From Eledone cirrhosa (Eukaryota), in contig OZ024740.1 in the NCBI GenBank assembly GCA_964016885.1, positions 216,318,001-216,382,000 of the forward strand: a stretch of DNA of 64,000 nt, read 5' to 3'. Of this stretch, positions 22,469-35,947 are shown one piece after another. The position numbers and the translations under genes are program-made. Numbering within the stretch: the first letter of the stretch is position 1; every line of letters begins with the position of its first letter. The notes beneath the pieces were generated by a model. It was not told the DNA's origin. It did no database searches and saw only the letters and a list, made by a program, of their open reading frames with translations.

Positions 22469-22890
22469 GCCATCGAGACCTCAGGCGTGCTTGCACCCCT
22501 ACTGCCGAGCTCCTCAGTAAGATCGGAACATCAGCAGCCTGCCTGAAGAATAAGCCCCAGGAGGTGGGATGGCTGTTGCAGCACGTGTCACTAGCCATTG
22601 TCCGCAGAAATGATTTTACGGTCTTGTCTGCGGGGCGCAAACTCAAGACTTCCCCGCCCAAGGCCCAGAGCCCATCACCATCTTCCCTTCCCTCTCCCTT
22701 TTATCTGTGACCGAATAGTCCTTACTTTTTCCCTCTCATGTATGGCTTTTATAGTCATTTTCTCTACTTCCCCATGCAGCCAGATCTGCCCTTCTTTACC
22801 CCTTTCCCTTTTTCTCATTACTTAATTTTGCTTTTATCTTTTTTTCTCATATTTATCTTTTGAAAATAAACTTCCCATATAACAATAAAA
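22469..22890 (+). pseudogene. 3' fragment of CRE-like RLE retrotransposon plus pyrimidine-rich 3' UTR
   Basis: AIETSGVLAP/(frameshift)TAELLSKIG...PQEVGWLLQHVSLAIVRRNDFTVLSA; AATAAA near 22865. Confidence 0.65.
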
Positions 22891-23029
22891 AATATTGTAT
22901 TTTATATATAAATTGACATAATGTGTAGTATTTGGTGTGTGTACATGTTGGTAAGTGTATGTGTACATGTTGGTGTGTAATGTGTAGTATTTAGTGTGTG
23001 TGTGTACATGCTGGTAAATATATAATATG

Positions 23030-25040
23030 TAGCATTATCCCACTGTACCCAGTTCCCTACCTGTTTTTCCACTACCCAGTTCCCTACCAGTTATCCCACT
23101 ATACTCATTTCCCTTCCAGTTGTCCTACAGTATCCAGTTCTCTACCAGTTGTCCCACTGTATCCAGTTCTTTACCAGTCATCCCACTACCCAGTTCGCTA
23201 CCAGTAATCCCACTGTACCCAGTTCTCTAACTGTTGTCCCACTGTACCCATTCCTCTGTCAATATACCAGTTGTCCCGCTGTATCTAGTTCACTATCAAT
23301 CTACCAGTTATCCCACTGTTCCCAGTCCTGCTGTATCTAGTTCACTATCAATCTACCAGTTATCCCACTGTACCCAGTCCTGCTGTATCTAGTTCACTAT
23401 CAATATACCAGTTATCCCATTGTACCCAGTCCTGCTGTATCAAGTTCACTATCAATATACCAGTTATCCCACTGTACCCAGTCCTGCTGTATCTCTTTCA
23501 CTATCAATATACCAGTTTTCCCACTGTACCCAGTCCTGCTCTATCTATTTCACTATCAATATACTAGTTATCCCACTGTACCCAGTCCTGCTCTATCTCT
23601 TTCACTATCAATATACTAGTTATCCCACTGTACCCAGTCCTGCTGTATCTAGTTCACTATCAATATACCAGTTATCCCACTGTACCCAGTCCTGCTCTAG
23701 CTCTTTCACTATCAATATACTAGTTATCCCACTACACCCAGTCCTGCTGTATCTATTTCACTATCAATATACTAGTTATCCCACTGTACCCAGTCCTGCT
23801 GTATCTAGTTCACTATCAATATACCAGTTATCCCACTGTAACCAGTCCTGCTGTATCTCTTTCACTATCAATATACTAGTTATCCCACTGTACCCAGTCC
23901 TGCTGTATCTAGTTCACTATCAATATACCAGTTATCCCACTATACCCAGTCCTGCTGTATCTATTTCACTATCAATATACCAGTTATCCCATTGTACCCA
24001 GTCCTGCTGTATCAAGTTCACTATCAATATACCAGTTATCCCACTGTACCCAGTCCTGCTGTATCTCTTTCACTATCAATATACCAGTTTTCCCACTGTA
24101 CCCAGTCCTGCTCTATCTATTTCACTATCAATATACTAGTTATCCCACTGTACCCAGTCCTGCTGTATCTAGTTCACTATCAATATACCAGTTATCCCAC
24201 TGTACCCAGTCCTGCTCTAGCTCTTTCACTATCAATATACTAGTTATCCCACTACACCCAGTCCTGCTGTATCTATTTCACTATCAATATACTAGTTATC
24301 CCACTGTAGCCAGTCCTGCTGTATCAAGTTCACTATCAATATACCAGTTTTCTCACTGTACCCAGTCCTGCTGTATCTCTTTCACTATCAATATACTAGT
24401 TATCCCACTATACCCAGTCCTGCTGTATCTATTTCACTATCAATATACTAGTTATCCCACTGTACCCAGTCCTGGTGTATCTATTTCACTATCAATATAC
24501 CAGTTATCCCACTGTACCCAGTCCTGCTGTATCTATTTCACTATCAATATACCAGTTATCCCACTGTACCCAGTCCTGCTGTATCTCTTTCACTATCAAT
24601 ATACTAGTTATCCCACTGTACCCAGTCCTGCTGTATCTAGTTCACTATCAATATACCAGTTATCCCACTGTACCCAGTCCTGCTGTATCTAGTTCACTAT
24701 CAATATACCAGTTTTCTCACTGTACCCAGTCCTGCTGTATATCTTTCACTATCAATATACTAGTTATCCCACTGTACCCAGTCCTGCTGTATCTATTTCA
24801 CTATCAATATACCAGTTATCCCACTGTACCCAGTCCTGCTGTATCTATTTCACTATCAATATACTAGTTATCCCACTGTAGCCAGTCCTGCTGTATCTAA
24901 TTCACTATCAATATACCAGTTTTCCCACTGTACCCAGTCCTGCAGTATCAAGTTCACTATCAATATACCAGTTTTCTCACTGTACCCAGTCCTGCTGTAT
25001 CTATTTCACTATCAATATACTAGTTATCCCACTGTAGCCG
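23030..25040. repeat. 52-bp minisatellite (~34 copies) preceded by shorter degenerate proto-units
   Basis: Unit CACTATCAATATACCAGTTATCCCACTGTACCCAGTCCTGCTGTATCTAGTT. Confidence 0.96.
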
Positions 25041-25239
25041 GTCCTGCTCTATCTAGTTCACAATCTGACAATCATCTGAAAGTACTGAACTAAAATATAA
25101 TACAATACAATGCATTTTATGCACTCAACATACTTTCATATTTCAATTATATTATAACCATACCAGTTCCTTGTAACTTTTGTTACTGAAGCGTTTAACA
25201 GGACTATTGATTTGAGAAAAAAATATGAATAAAGACTTT

Positions 25240-28200
25240 ATTACATAATATACACACGTGGCTCTAGTCTAAATATTACACAATATACACACGTGGTTCT
25301 AGTCTGAATATTACACAATATACATACATGGCTCTAGTCTAAATATTACATAATATACATACATGGCTCTAGTCTGAATATTACACAATATACACACGTG
25401 GCTCTAGTCTGAATATTACATAATATACAGACATGGTTCTAGTCTAAATATTACATAATATACATACATGGTTCTAGTCTAAATATTACATAATATACAT
25501 ACATGGCTCTAGTCTAAATATTATATAATATACATACATTGCTCTAGTCTGAATATTACACAATATACACACGTGGCTCTAGTCTGAATATATCACAATA
25601 TACATACATGGCTCTAGTCTAAATATCATATAATATACATACATGGCTCTAGTCTAAATATTACATAATATACATACATGGCTCTAGTCTAAATATTACA
25701 TAATATACATGCATGGCTCTAGTCTGAATATTACACAATATACATACATGGCTCTAGTCTAAATATTACACAATATACATACATGGCTCTAGTCTAAATA
25801 TATCACAATATACATACATGGCTCTAGTCTAAATATTATATAATATACATACATTGCTCTAGTCTGAATATTACACAATATACACACGTGGCTCTAGTCT
25901 GAATATATCACAGTATACATACATGGCTCTAGTCTAAATATTATATAATATACATACATGGCTCTAGTCTAAATATTACATAATATACATACATGGCTCT
26001 AGTCTAAATATTACACAATATACATACATGGCTCTAGTCTGAATATTACATAATATACACACGTGGTTCTAGTCTAAATATTACACAATATACACACGTG
26101 GCTCTAGTCTAAATATTACATAATATACATGCATGGTTCTAGTCTAAATATTACATAATATACATGCATGGTTCTAGTCTAAATATTACATAATATACAT
26201 ACATGGTTCTAGTCTAAATATTACACAATATACACACGTGGCTCTAGTCTGAATATTACATAATATACATACATGGCTCTAGTCTGAATATTACACAATA
26301 TACACACGTGACTCTAGTCTAAATATTACACAATATACATACATGGCTCTAGTCTGAATATTACACAATATACACATGTGGCTCTAGTCTAAATATTACA
26401 TAATATACACACGTGGCTCTAGTCTGAATATTACATAATATACATACATGGTTCTAGTCTGAATATTACACAATATACACATGTGACTCTAGTCTAAATA
26501 TTACATAATATACATACACGGCTCTAGTCTGAATATTACACAATATACACACGTGACTCTAGTCTAAATATTACACAATATACATACATGGCTCTAGTCT
26601 GAATATTACATAATATACATACATGGCTCTAGTCTGAATATTACATAATATACATACATGGTTCTAGTCTAAATATTACATAATATACACACGTGGTTCT
26701 AGTCTGAATATTACACAATATACACACGTGACTCTAGTCTAAATATTACACAATATACATACATGGCTCTAGTCTGAATATTACACAATATACACATGGC
26801 TCTAGTCTGAATATTACACAATATACATACATGGCTCTAGTCTAAATATTACATAATATACATACATGGCTCTAGTCTGAATATTACATAATATACATGC
26901 ATGGCTCTAGTCTGAATATTACACAATATACATACATGGCTCTAGTCTGAATATTACATAATATACATACATGGCTCTAGTCTAAATATTACATAATATA
27001 CATGCATGGCTCTAGTCTGAATATTACACAATATACATACATGGCTCTAGTCTGAATATTACACAATATACACACGTGGCTCTAGTCTAAATATTACACA
27101 ATATACATACATGGTTCTAGTCTGAATATTATATAATATGCATACATGGCTCTAGTCTAAATATTACATAATATACATACATGGTTCTAGTCTAAATATT
27201 ACATAATATACATACATGGCTCTAGTCTAAATATTACACAATATACATACATGGTTCTAGTCTAAATATTACATAATATACATGCATGGCTCTAGTCTAA
27301 ATATTACATAATATACATACATGGCTCTAGTCTAAATATTACATAATATACATACATGGTTCTAGTCTAAATATTACATAATATACATGCATGGCTCTAG
27401 TCTAAATATTACACAATATACATACATGGCTCTAGTCTAAATATTACACAATATACATACATGGCTCTAGTCTGAATATTACACAATATACATACATGGC
27501 TCTAGTCTAAATATTACATAATATGCATACATGGCTCTAGTCTAAATATTACATAATATACATACATGGTTCTAGTCTGAATATATCGCAATATACATAC
27601 ATGGTTCTAGTCTGAATATTACATAATATACATACATGGTTCTAGTCTGAATATTACACAATATACATACATGGTTCTAGTCTAAATATTACACAATATA
27701 CATACATGGCTCTAGTCTGAATATTACATAATATACATACATGGCTCTAGTCTGAATATTACATAATATACATACATGGCTCTAGTCTAAATATTACACA
27801 ATATACATACATGGCTCTAGTCTGAATATTACATAATATACATACATGGCTCTAGTCTGAATATTACATAATATACATACATGGCTCTAGTCTAAATATT
27901 ACACAATATACATACATGGCTCTAGTCTAAATATTACACAATATACATACATGGCTCTAGTCTGAATATTACATAATATACACACGTGGTTCTAGTCTAA
28001 ATATTACATAATATACATACATGGCTCTAGTCTGAACATTACACAATATACACACGTGGTTCTAGTCTGAATATATCACAATATACATACATGGCTCTAG
28101 TCTAAATATTACACAATATACACACGTGGCTCTAGTCTAAATATTACATAATATACATACATGGCTCTAGTCTGAATATTACACAATATACACACGTGGC

Positions 28201-29120
28201 TCTAGTCTAAATATTACACAATATACATACATGGCTCTAGTCTAAATATTACATAATATACATACATGGCTCTAGTCTGAATATTACACAATATACATAC
28301 ATGGCTCTAGTCTGAATATTACATAATATACATACATGGCTCTAGTCTAAATATTACATAATATACATACATGGCTCTAGTCTAAATATTACATAATATA
28401 CATACATGGTTCTAGTCTAAATATTACATAATATACATGCATGGCTCTAGTCTGAATATTACATAATATACATACATGGCTCTAGTCTGAATATTACATA
28501 ATATACATACATGGCTCTAGTCTGAATATTACACAATATACACACATGGCTCTAGTCTGAATATTACACAATATACACACGTGACTCTAGTCTGAATATT
28601 ACACAATATACACACGTGGCTCTAGTCTGAATATTACACAATATACACACGTGGCTCTAGTCTGAATATTACATAATATACATACATGGCTCTAGTCTGA
28701 ATATTACACAATATACATACATGGCTCTAGTCTAAATATTACATAATATACATACATGGCTCTAGTCTAAATATTACATAATATACATACATGGCTCTAG
28801 TCTAAATATTACACAATATTCACACGTGGTTCTAGTCTGAATATTACATAATATACATACATGGTTCTAGTCTAAATATTACACAATATACATACATGGC
28901 TCGAGTCTGAATATTACATAATATACACACGTGGCTCTAGTCTAAATATTACACAATATACATACATGGCTCTAGTCTAAATATTACACAATATACATAC
29001 ATGGCTCTAGTCTGAATATTACATAATATACATACATGGCTCTAGTCTGAATATTACATAATATACATACATGGCTCTAGTCTGAATATTACATAATATA
29101 CATACATGGCTCTAGTCTGA
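25240..29120. repeat. 35-bp minisatellite, ~110 copies
   Basis: Unit GGCTCTAGTCTRAATATTACAYAATATACAYACRT. Confidence 0.97.
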
Positions 29121-29244
29121 AAAAAAATTGTCTAGGGTATCTTTTTCTTATTCGTTTGGGTTAATTATGGCAAAACTACAACAACAGTTTAGATTACTAG
29201 GTATACAAATATTTTGTTGCAAGTAATACCTGAACCAATTACTT

Positions 29245-29442
29245 TATATTGAATATAAGCCGAGGAATATGTGACCAGAGGACTAATGGTAAAATGTGGT
29301 GGTGGTGGTGGGGGAGGGGGTCAGTTTATATACACCATCTAAACAATGTGTTGATTAGTTGCCTCAATTTATAAACAAGGTTTGGAATTTCTCAGACATA
29401 AAATGAGGAAGGCGTCAGCTTATATTTGAGTATATATGTTAT
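29245..29442. mobile_element. pogo/Tc2-type MITE
   Basis: GAATATAAGCCGAG...CAGCTTATATTTGAGTATATATG termini; second copy at 35948-36137. Confidence 0.6.
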
Positions 29443-29686
29443 ATACAAGCATATTCTATAAAATTCACCACTGATTGTAAAAATAATGCATTAAGAAAAA
29501 CTTCAACAGGTGGCACTCCAGCATGGTCATAGTCCAGTGACTGAAACCAGTCAAAAGAATTTACAATATAACAGACTAGATTAGCCAATATATAGTAAAT
29601 TTAGTGATATTTGTTAATAAAGCTATACTAATATATTTACATAGATACTAATAGAAAAATATTTAGACCAATGAAGGAAAAATTCA

Positions 29687-29913
29687 TTAGCCCTTTAGCA
29701 TTCAAACCAGCCATATCCGACCAGAATTCCCTCACCTCGTTCTGTTCAAACCGGCTGTAACTGGTCACTCATACTGATGTTATGGTATTGTTCTCAAAAT
29801 AAATAATATCAAAATCTCAGATTTGATATTATGTGAGATAATTATGTGAGGTAAAGCATTTACTGTGAAAATGTAATAGTATATATAGAGTTATGTAAAT
29901 GCTAAAGGGTTAA
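29687..29913. mobile_element. piggyBac-like MITE family 1 (TTAA, CCCTTTAGCATT TIR)
   Basis: CCCTTTAGCATT...AATGCTAAAGGG-TTAA; five copies in the window. Confidence 0.85.
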
Positions 29914-30118
29914 AGATATGATTTGAATAAACTTGTAAATCTTCCTGCATGGAATTAGAAACTTTTGCAATTAAAATTAAAGAAGTAATTCCAACATTTT
30001 TGTTTATTAATATACCAGACTTGATAAACTACAGCTACAAAGTGAAAATGAATTACATATATATTATTTATAATTATATATTGATTTTCTTATTGAACAG
30101 CATAAGGTGGTACACACA

Positions 30119-30149
<31 letters not shown>

Positions 30150-30169
30150 CATCATTGTTTTTGCATCTA

Positions 30170-30404
30170 CTTTTCTATGCTTGTGGCATCTCTCCACCTG
30201 TTGCATTTTTTCATCATCTCCTCTTTCAGTCTTAGCAATTTGAGGTCTGCCCTCACAACCTCAGCCCAGGTCTTTCTTGGTCGTCCTCTACTGCGGCTTC
30301 CTTCCACTAGGTTTTCCTGGCATTTCTTCACCCATCTGTCATTGTCCATGCACATCACACATCCATACCAATGCAGTTTTCTCTCCTGCACACCATATTG
30401 GATT
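30170..30404 (-). pseudogene. Decayed RTE ORF C-terminal fragment
   Basis: GVQERKLHWYGCVMCMDNDRWVKKC...GRPRKTWAEVVRADL. Confidence 0.85.
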
Positions 30405-30442
30405 ATTATATATATATATGTATAATATATATATATATATAT

Positions 30443-30685
30443 ATAGACAATATGCTCCCCGCCCCATTGCAAAGTGGTCGTGGAGGTGCCACAGCAAAAA
30501 AGCACCCAGCACTCAATGTAAACGAGGTTGGTGTTATGAAGGGCATCCAGCTGTAGAAATCAAGCCAGAATCAGTTCCAGTATGAGCAAGACAAGGTCAG
30601 CCGACCGGACACTGCCCACAACAGGACAACCCGTCTAACCCATGCTAGCGTGGAAGAACGGACGCAAAACGGTGATGATGATGAT
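30443..30685 (+). mobile_element. RTE subfamily C 3' UTR copy
   Basis: Matches 35650-35946; (TGA)n tail. Confidence 0.8.
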
Positions 30686-30691
30686 ATATAT

Positions 30692-30880
30692 ATAATTGTT
30701 TCTACTTTAGGCACAAGGCCAGCAATACCCAGTGCATTACTGGTACTTTATTTTATCGATCCCGTAAGGATGAAAGGCAAAGTCAACCTCGGCGGGATTT
30801 GAACTCAGATCGTAAAGGGACGTAACTATGCTGGAAAGCATGGCGTCCGACCCTCTACCGATACTGCCAATTCACCGCCC
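30692..30880 (-). mobile_element. SINE family B
   Basis: Reverse complement of the family B sequence; nearly identical to 63598-63786. Confidence 0.88.
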
Positions 30881-31360
30881 TCATGATATATATATAATGT
30901 TCATTGTATCCATCCTATATTCTAGTTTTGTCATAGTTTCTACAGCTAGAGCCCTTCATATCTCCAGAATATATGTGTTTGTGTGCTTGTCCTAAAATTC
31001 AGAGTTCTTATCAAACCATAAATAAATATGAAAATATCTACTCATAAATTTAAAATAAACTCTCTGCTAACTGACTATTAAATCTTGTTTGTGTCTCAGA
31101 TCAGATAACACTTATGTTCAATTAATTTTACTGCTCTGCGTCATTGAAAATACCTGATGTTTACCTGGATACATGCATGAAACCATATGGATTTAATGAA
31201 TCATCTATTGTACACTCATACACTCTGTAACTAAGGGTACACAACTGTATAATGAATGTTATAAAGAGAATCATGTGGTTGTGGGAATACTCACAGACAG
31301 ACATTCATAATCATTCACTCAATCACAATTCTAAATTCCATCCTGCTTCCTGCATGGTCT

Positions 31361-31600
31361 AAGAGGGAAAACTGTCCAAGTATCGGCTGCTCACTGATAG
31401 TTTGTGGTAGAACCTGTAACAGTGGAGACTTCCGGTATTCTTGGCCCCCAGACAAACATCCCTACTGACTGCTATCGGGGTGAAGTTGGCCGCTTGCAAG
31501 TGTGAGCAATGCGGGGTGGAGTGGCTGTTCCAGTGTGTCTCCCTTGCCAGCCTCTAGTCAATGCATTCTCCATCCTGTCGGCCAGGATCAGAGGTGGAGG
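31361..31600 (+). pseudogene. 3' fragment of CRE-like RLE retrotransposon
   Basis: KLSKYRLLTDS../VEPVTVETSGILGPQT/SLLTAIGVKLAACKCEQCGVEWLFQCVSLA../NAFSILSA; homologous to 8599-8823. Confidence 0.7.
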
Positions 31601-32064
31601 GTAAGTTAGTTGGAGGTGGAAGATACTCATTCGGACATCACACATTTACATATACTTCATATGAAAATTGATAGCTTTTACGTGGTTTCTTACCGATGTC
31701 TGGAAGTTGGAAATTTAACCTGAAGGCAGTTCTAATTCTATAATGCAAAGCTTGTTTATTTTAAAGTGTATATAAGAATATTTGTTCAGTTGTGTTCCAA
31801 GCTTTAGCTTAGTTATGATAAAGTTAATTATATTAATATATCTTTTCAAATCTTGGATTATTTAAAAAATGAATTGAAAATCATAGGCAGTTTCTTTCAT
31901 TAGAAATATGGCATTGAAATTGTCAAACAGTTGTAATTTATTTGTGTAAGCTATTAAATTGAAAATAAAACTCTTTAAAATATAAATGTCACAAGGTTAT
32001 ATATATATATATAATGACAGAGTGAAGAATAACATGGTCGGCTGTACAAAAAGGGTTTTATTTA

Positions 32065-32179
32065 CAGTATTAACAATTGTTTCATTGATCAGGTGAGTCT
32101 AAAGACCGCTAATCACTCGAAATTGCGCCACTTGACCTTAAATACAGTGTGTGTCTCTAATCAAATCATCGGAATACAG
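32065..32179 (-). ncRNA. Mirror hammerhead copy with core variant CCGAUGA (probably inactive)
   Basis: Reverse-complement arm of the palindrome; U4 is changed to C. Confidence 0.55.
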
Positions 32180-32291
32180 TATTCTGATGATTTGATCAGA
32201 GACTCACACTATATTTAAGGTCAAGTGGCGCAATTTCGTTTGATCAGCGGCCTTTAGACGCACCTGATCAATGAAACAATTGTTAATACTG
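32177..32291 (+). ncRNA. Type I hammerhead ribozyme motif with extended stem II
   Basis: CAGUAUU-CUGAUGA-U UUGAUCAG..(~64 nt)..CUGAUCAA U-GAAAC AAUU GUU/AAUACUG. It has a perfect 7-bp stem I, an 8-bp stem II base and a palindromic stem III, with AAUAAA just downstream. Confidence 0.8.
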
Positions 32292-32513
32292 AAAATAAAA
32301 CGCTTTTTGTACAGCCGACCATGTTATGTTATTCTTCACTCTTTCACTATTATTACTCCAAGAATAACCTACAAGGAAATTCTCGTAAACTCGCTACCTA
32401 ACTATGGAAACCTCTTGTTGAGTCAAACAACGCCATACGTTAAAACTATCCATAGTACAGAGTACTCACAACCTCTAACTAGATTACCTAAAACGATAAC
32501 TTGTTATCCCATA

Positions 32514-32545
<32 letters not shown>

Positions 32546-32569
32546 CATGTGTGTGTGTGTGTGTGCTCA

Positions 32570-32743
32570 GTCCATACTGTAATGTGATTGGCATTAGCAA
32601 GGACATCCAGCCATAGAAATCAAGCCAGAAACAGTTCTCTATGAGCAAGACATGGCCATCTAATCTGGTTTTACTCACAATGGGACACTCATCTAACTCA
32701 TGCTAGCATAGAAAAAATAGACATTAAATGGTGAGGATGATGA
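32570..32743 (+). mobile_element. Degenerate RTE subfamily C 3' tail
   Basis: CATCCAGCCATAGAAATCAAGCCAGAA...TGCTAGCATAGAAAA...GATGATG. Confidence 0.65.
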
Positions 32744-33037
32744 TATATATTTATATATGTGTGTATTCACTCTTTAATGTCTTTTATTGTTGGACTAGCA
32801 CAGAAATATATATATATATATGTGTGTGTTATGAAAGAGAGATTGAAGTTTTAATTCAACATATTCTGATTGCAATCTTTTTTTACAACTAATGAGGAAA
32901 TGAAATCTAGAATCAAGCTGTATGTTACTGTACTATTATATAACTACATATGGCTCAAGACTGGTCAGTTGTGAAACATGTTACACATGATTTTTGATGA
33001 ATTAAATATGTTGAATTGAAACTTTAATCTCTCTTTC

Positions 33038-33266
33038 TTAACCCTTTAGCATTTACATTACTCTATATATACTATTGTATTTTCACAGTAAAGGCTTTAT
33101 TTCACATAATTATCTCGCATAATATCGAATCTACGAGATTTTGATACTGTTTATTTTGAGAACAATACCTTAACATGAGTATGAGTGACAGTTTACAGCC
33201 AGTTTGATCAGAAATAGGTGAGAAAATTCTGGCCGGATATGGCTGGTTTAAATGCTAAAGGGTTAT
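33038..33266. mobile_element. piggyBac-like MITE family 1
   Basis: TTAA-CCCTTTAGCATTT...AAATGCTAAAGGG. Confidence 0.85.
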
Positions 33267-33574
33267 TATATACACTGTATCTTATGACAATAAACATTAT
33301 GTCAGTAGGAATCTCATGTTTAATACTGAATATCTAATCTATGTAAAATACATGCATACATACATATGTATACATACATACATACACCTATATTCATACA
33401 TACATACACTTACACACACATATATGTATACACATATACATACTTGGTTCATGTAATATTTTGGTTTCCTGTTTCTCTGGGTTAACTAGAGTTGTTGAAA
33501 CTATACATGTCAGTGTTTTTGTGATACTGGGAGGCCAGTATAACACTCAACCATTTGACAATTCAGTTCATTTT

Positions 33575-33793
33575 CATCATCATTTCATTTTACGTCTGCT
33601 TTATCCCTGCTTGCAAGGGTGGTACGGGAACTGATTCTGGCTTGATTTCTATAGCTGGATGCCCTTCCTAACACCAACCTCATTTACAGTGAGTGCTGGG
33701 TGCTTTTTTTCCGTGGCACCTCCACGACCACTTTACAGTGGAATGATAGGGACCCCAGTCCCTATCATCTCATTTCTACAGCTGAATAAACTG
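33575..33793 (-). mobile_element. 5'-truncated SINE family A
   Basis: Reverse complement of the 3' two-thirds of 3124-3466. Confidence 0.82.
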
Positions 33794-34171
33794 TTCTTCA
33801 AGTTTTAATAATCTACAGAAATATAATTGAGTTTGATGTAAAATATAATACTTGTAGCTGTTTTAAAGAATTCTGATTAGAACTACAAGGTTATGAAGAG
33901 TTTTTCTTTAAATGAATATAAAATAATTCTAGTGGACAGCTATGAAAAAATAGCTTCTTTTAATTTGTGGCAAATCTTCATAAATCTAATTTCAGAGCCT
34001 TTTATGTCAGTATTTCTATATCATAATCCTTTTCAATAGTAGCTCATCCAAAACCACATCTGCTTCTATAAAATAAAAACACCTATTTCAAAAGGGTTTC
34101 TATTTACATTACATTTTTTTCAACATTAGTTGATATAAGGACCTTTTGTTGCATTAAAAGTGCCATCTTCA

Positions 34172-35525
34172 TTAAACCTTTAGCATTTACATTACTCTAT
34201 ATTTACTATTGTATTTTCAAAATAAACACTTTATTTCACATAATATCAAATCTATGAGATTTTGGTAATATCTATTTTGAGAACAATATCTTAACATAAG
34301 TATGAGCAGCCAGTTACAGCTGGTTTGAACAGAAAGAGGTGAGAGAATTCTGGCCAGATATCTTTAATATCTTCATTCTCAGCCGAAAAGAGGTAGTCAC
34401 GGTTCTAGGACAGCATTCTTTACCATATGAGATGTCATCTGGTGTACCACAGGGATCAGTTCTTGGTCCCCTTTTCGTTGTGGCATATATTAATGACATA
34501 GATGCCAACTTAAAGAATGCCACGGTACTGAAATATGCAGATGACATCAAGCTGTACCTTGAAATCAAAAGGACTGATCCTGAAATCTACAACTCTTTCC
34601 TACAATCAGACCTGGACACAATGCAGCAATGGATCACAGACTGGCAACTGAAGCTAGCTGTGGACAAGTGTACCACTATCCATTTTGAGAGGAAAAATCC
34701 AGCGTCCACATACTCCCTCCACAACACTGATATCGAGAAGTCCTCTTGTGAACGTGACCTGGGCATTACTGTCAGCAGCGATTTGCGTTGGACAAAGCAT
34801 GTCTCTAAGATTGTCAAGAAAGCCGTGGGTGTCTTGGCATCACTCAGCAAGACCTTTGTTAGCCGCTCTCCAGCCATCTATTTTAAGCTGAATACAGCTA
34901 TGGTACGACCACACTTGGAATTCGCATCATCAGTCTGGAACCCCTATCTTGCTCAGAACATTAACCTCCTGGAAACTGTTCAGAGACGTGCAACCAAGCG
35001 CATACCCTCCATCAGACACCTACCATACTCTGAATGCCTTGCTTCCCTGGGCATGGATTCATTGAAGCTCCGACGTCTGGCAATGGACTTGGTAAACACC
35101 CACAAAATTGTTAACCATCTCGCCAACAACAACCCTGAGCACCTTTTTGATCTCCATGTGTCTAACACACGTGGACATGCCTACAAAATCAGAAAATAGC
35201 ACTGCTCCCATGACTTTCGTAGACATCTTTTCACGCTCAGAGTTGCTGAAGCATGGAACAAACTGCCTGCGTCAGTTGTTAGCTGCATCCTTTAAAACCC
35301 TCATGCTTCCTGAAATTCGCCAAAACTACACCTGATGTCCCCCTTCCATACACATGCACACATGTGTATATCATGACTCATGCACTGTTCATTTTCCTGA
35401 CATTTGTACATTACCCTATGTACTATACATACACTTTTTGATGAGTTGTAGTGCACCTGAGCACTGTACACAATATTTCATTATTATTATTATATATATA
35501 ACTGGTTTAAATGCTAAAGGGTTAA
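34172..35525. mobile_element. piggyBac-like MITE family 1 split by a LINE insertion
   Basis: Left part 34172-34361 and right part ~35497-35525 rejoin to give the family sequence ...TGGCCGGATATGGCTGGTTTAAATGCTAAAGGGTTAA. Confidence 0.85.
34362..35496 (+). mobile_element. 5'-truncated CR1-like LINE (RT C-terminal half, 3' UTR, (TAT)n tail)
   Basis: SGVPQGSVLGP, KYADDIKLY, ERDLGI, VRPHLEFASSVWNPY, LETVQRRATK, TRGH. The premature TAG at 35197 is followed by RVAEAWNKLPASVV. Confidence 0.92.
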
Positions 35526-35566
35526 ATAATTTGCATTTTAAAAATCTATCCAAATTCTTCATTAGT

Positions 35567-35946
35567 TACCATACATGACCATGACCTCTGGTGTTACGCA
35601 GTAATACAGAAGATCCGACCCCCCAAGGGTACAAGCTGAAGCTGAAGCATATAGACAATATGCCCCCCCCCCCCCACTGCAAGGTGGTCGTGGAGGTGCT
35701 ACGGCAAAAAAGCACCCAGCCCACATTGTAAAGTGGACGTGTAGGCGCCACGGAAAAAAGCACCCAGCACTCACTGTAAATGAGGTTGGTGTTAGGAAGG
35801 GCATCCAGCTGTAGAAATCAAGCCAGAATCAGTTCCCGTATGAGCAAGACAAGGTCAGCTGACCATACACTGCCCACAACAGGACAACCTGTCTAGCCCA
35901 TGCTAGCATGGAAGAGTGGACGTAAAACGGTGATGATGATGATGAT
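35567..35946 (+). mobile_element. 5'-truncated RTE subfamily C copy
   Basis: Begins with DHDLWCYAVIQKIRPP, homologous to DRDLWRYSVTEKTRLT of the intact ORF; then 3' UTR with ~48-bp internal repeats and (TGA)n. Confidence 0.82.
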
Positions 35947-35947
35947 A

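Larger units (their letters stand above)
32014..32349. mobile_element. ~335-bp palindrome of inverted Penelope-like pseudo-LTR halves
   Basis: Arms are reverse complements centred on GAATACAGTATTC (~32178); each arm carries a hammerhead core and AATAAA. Confidence 0.8.

Noticed and set aside
23420-24867. Long periodic ORFs in the 52-bp array
   Set aside because: Frame-cycling translation of a non-triplet repeat, interrupted at random by TAG variants.
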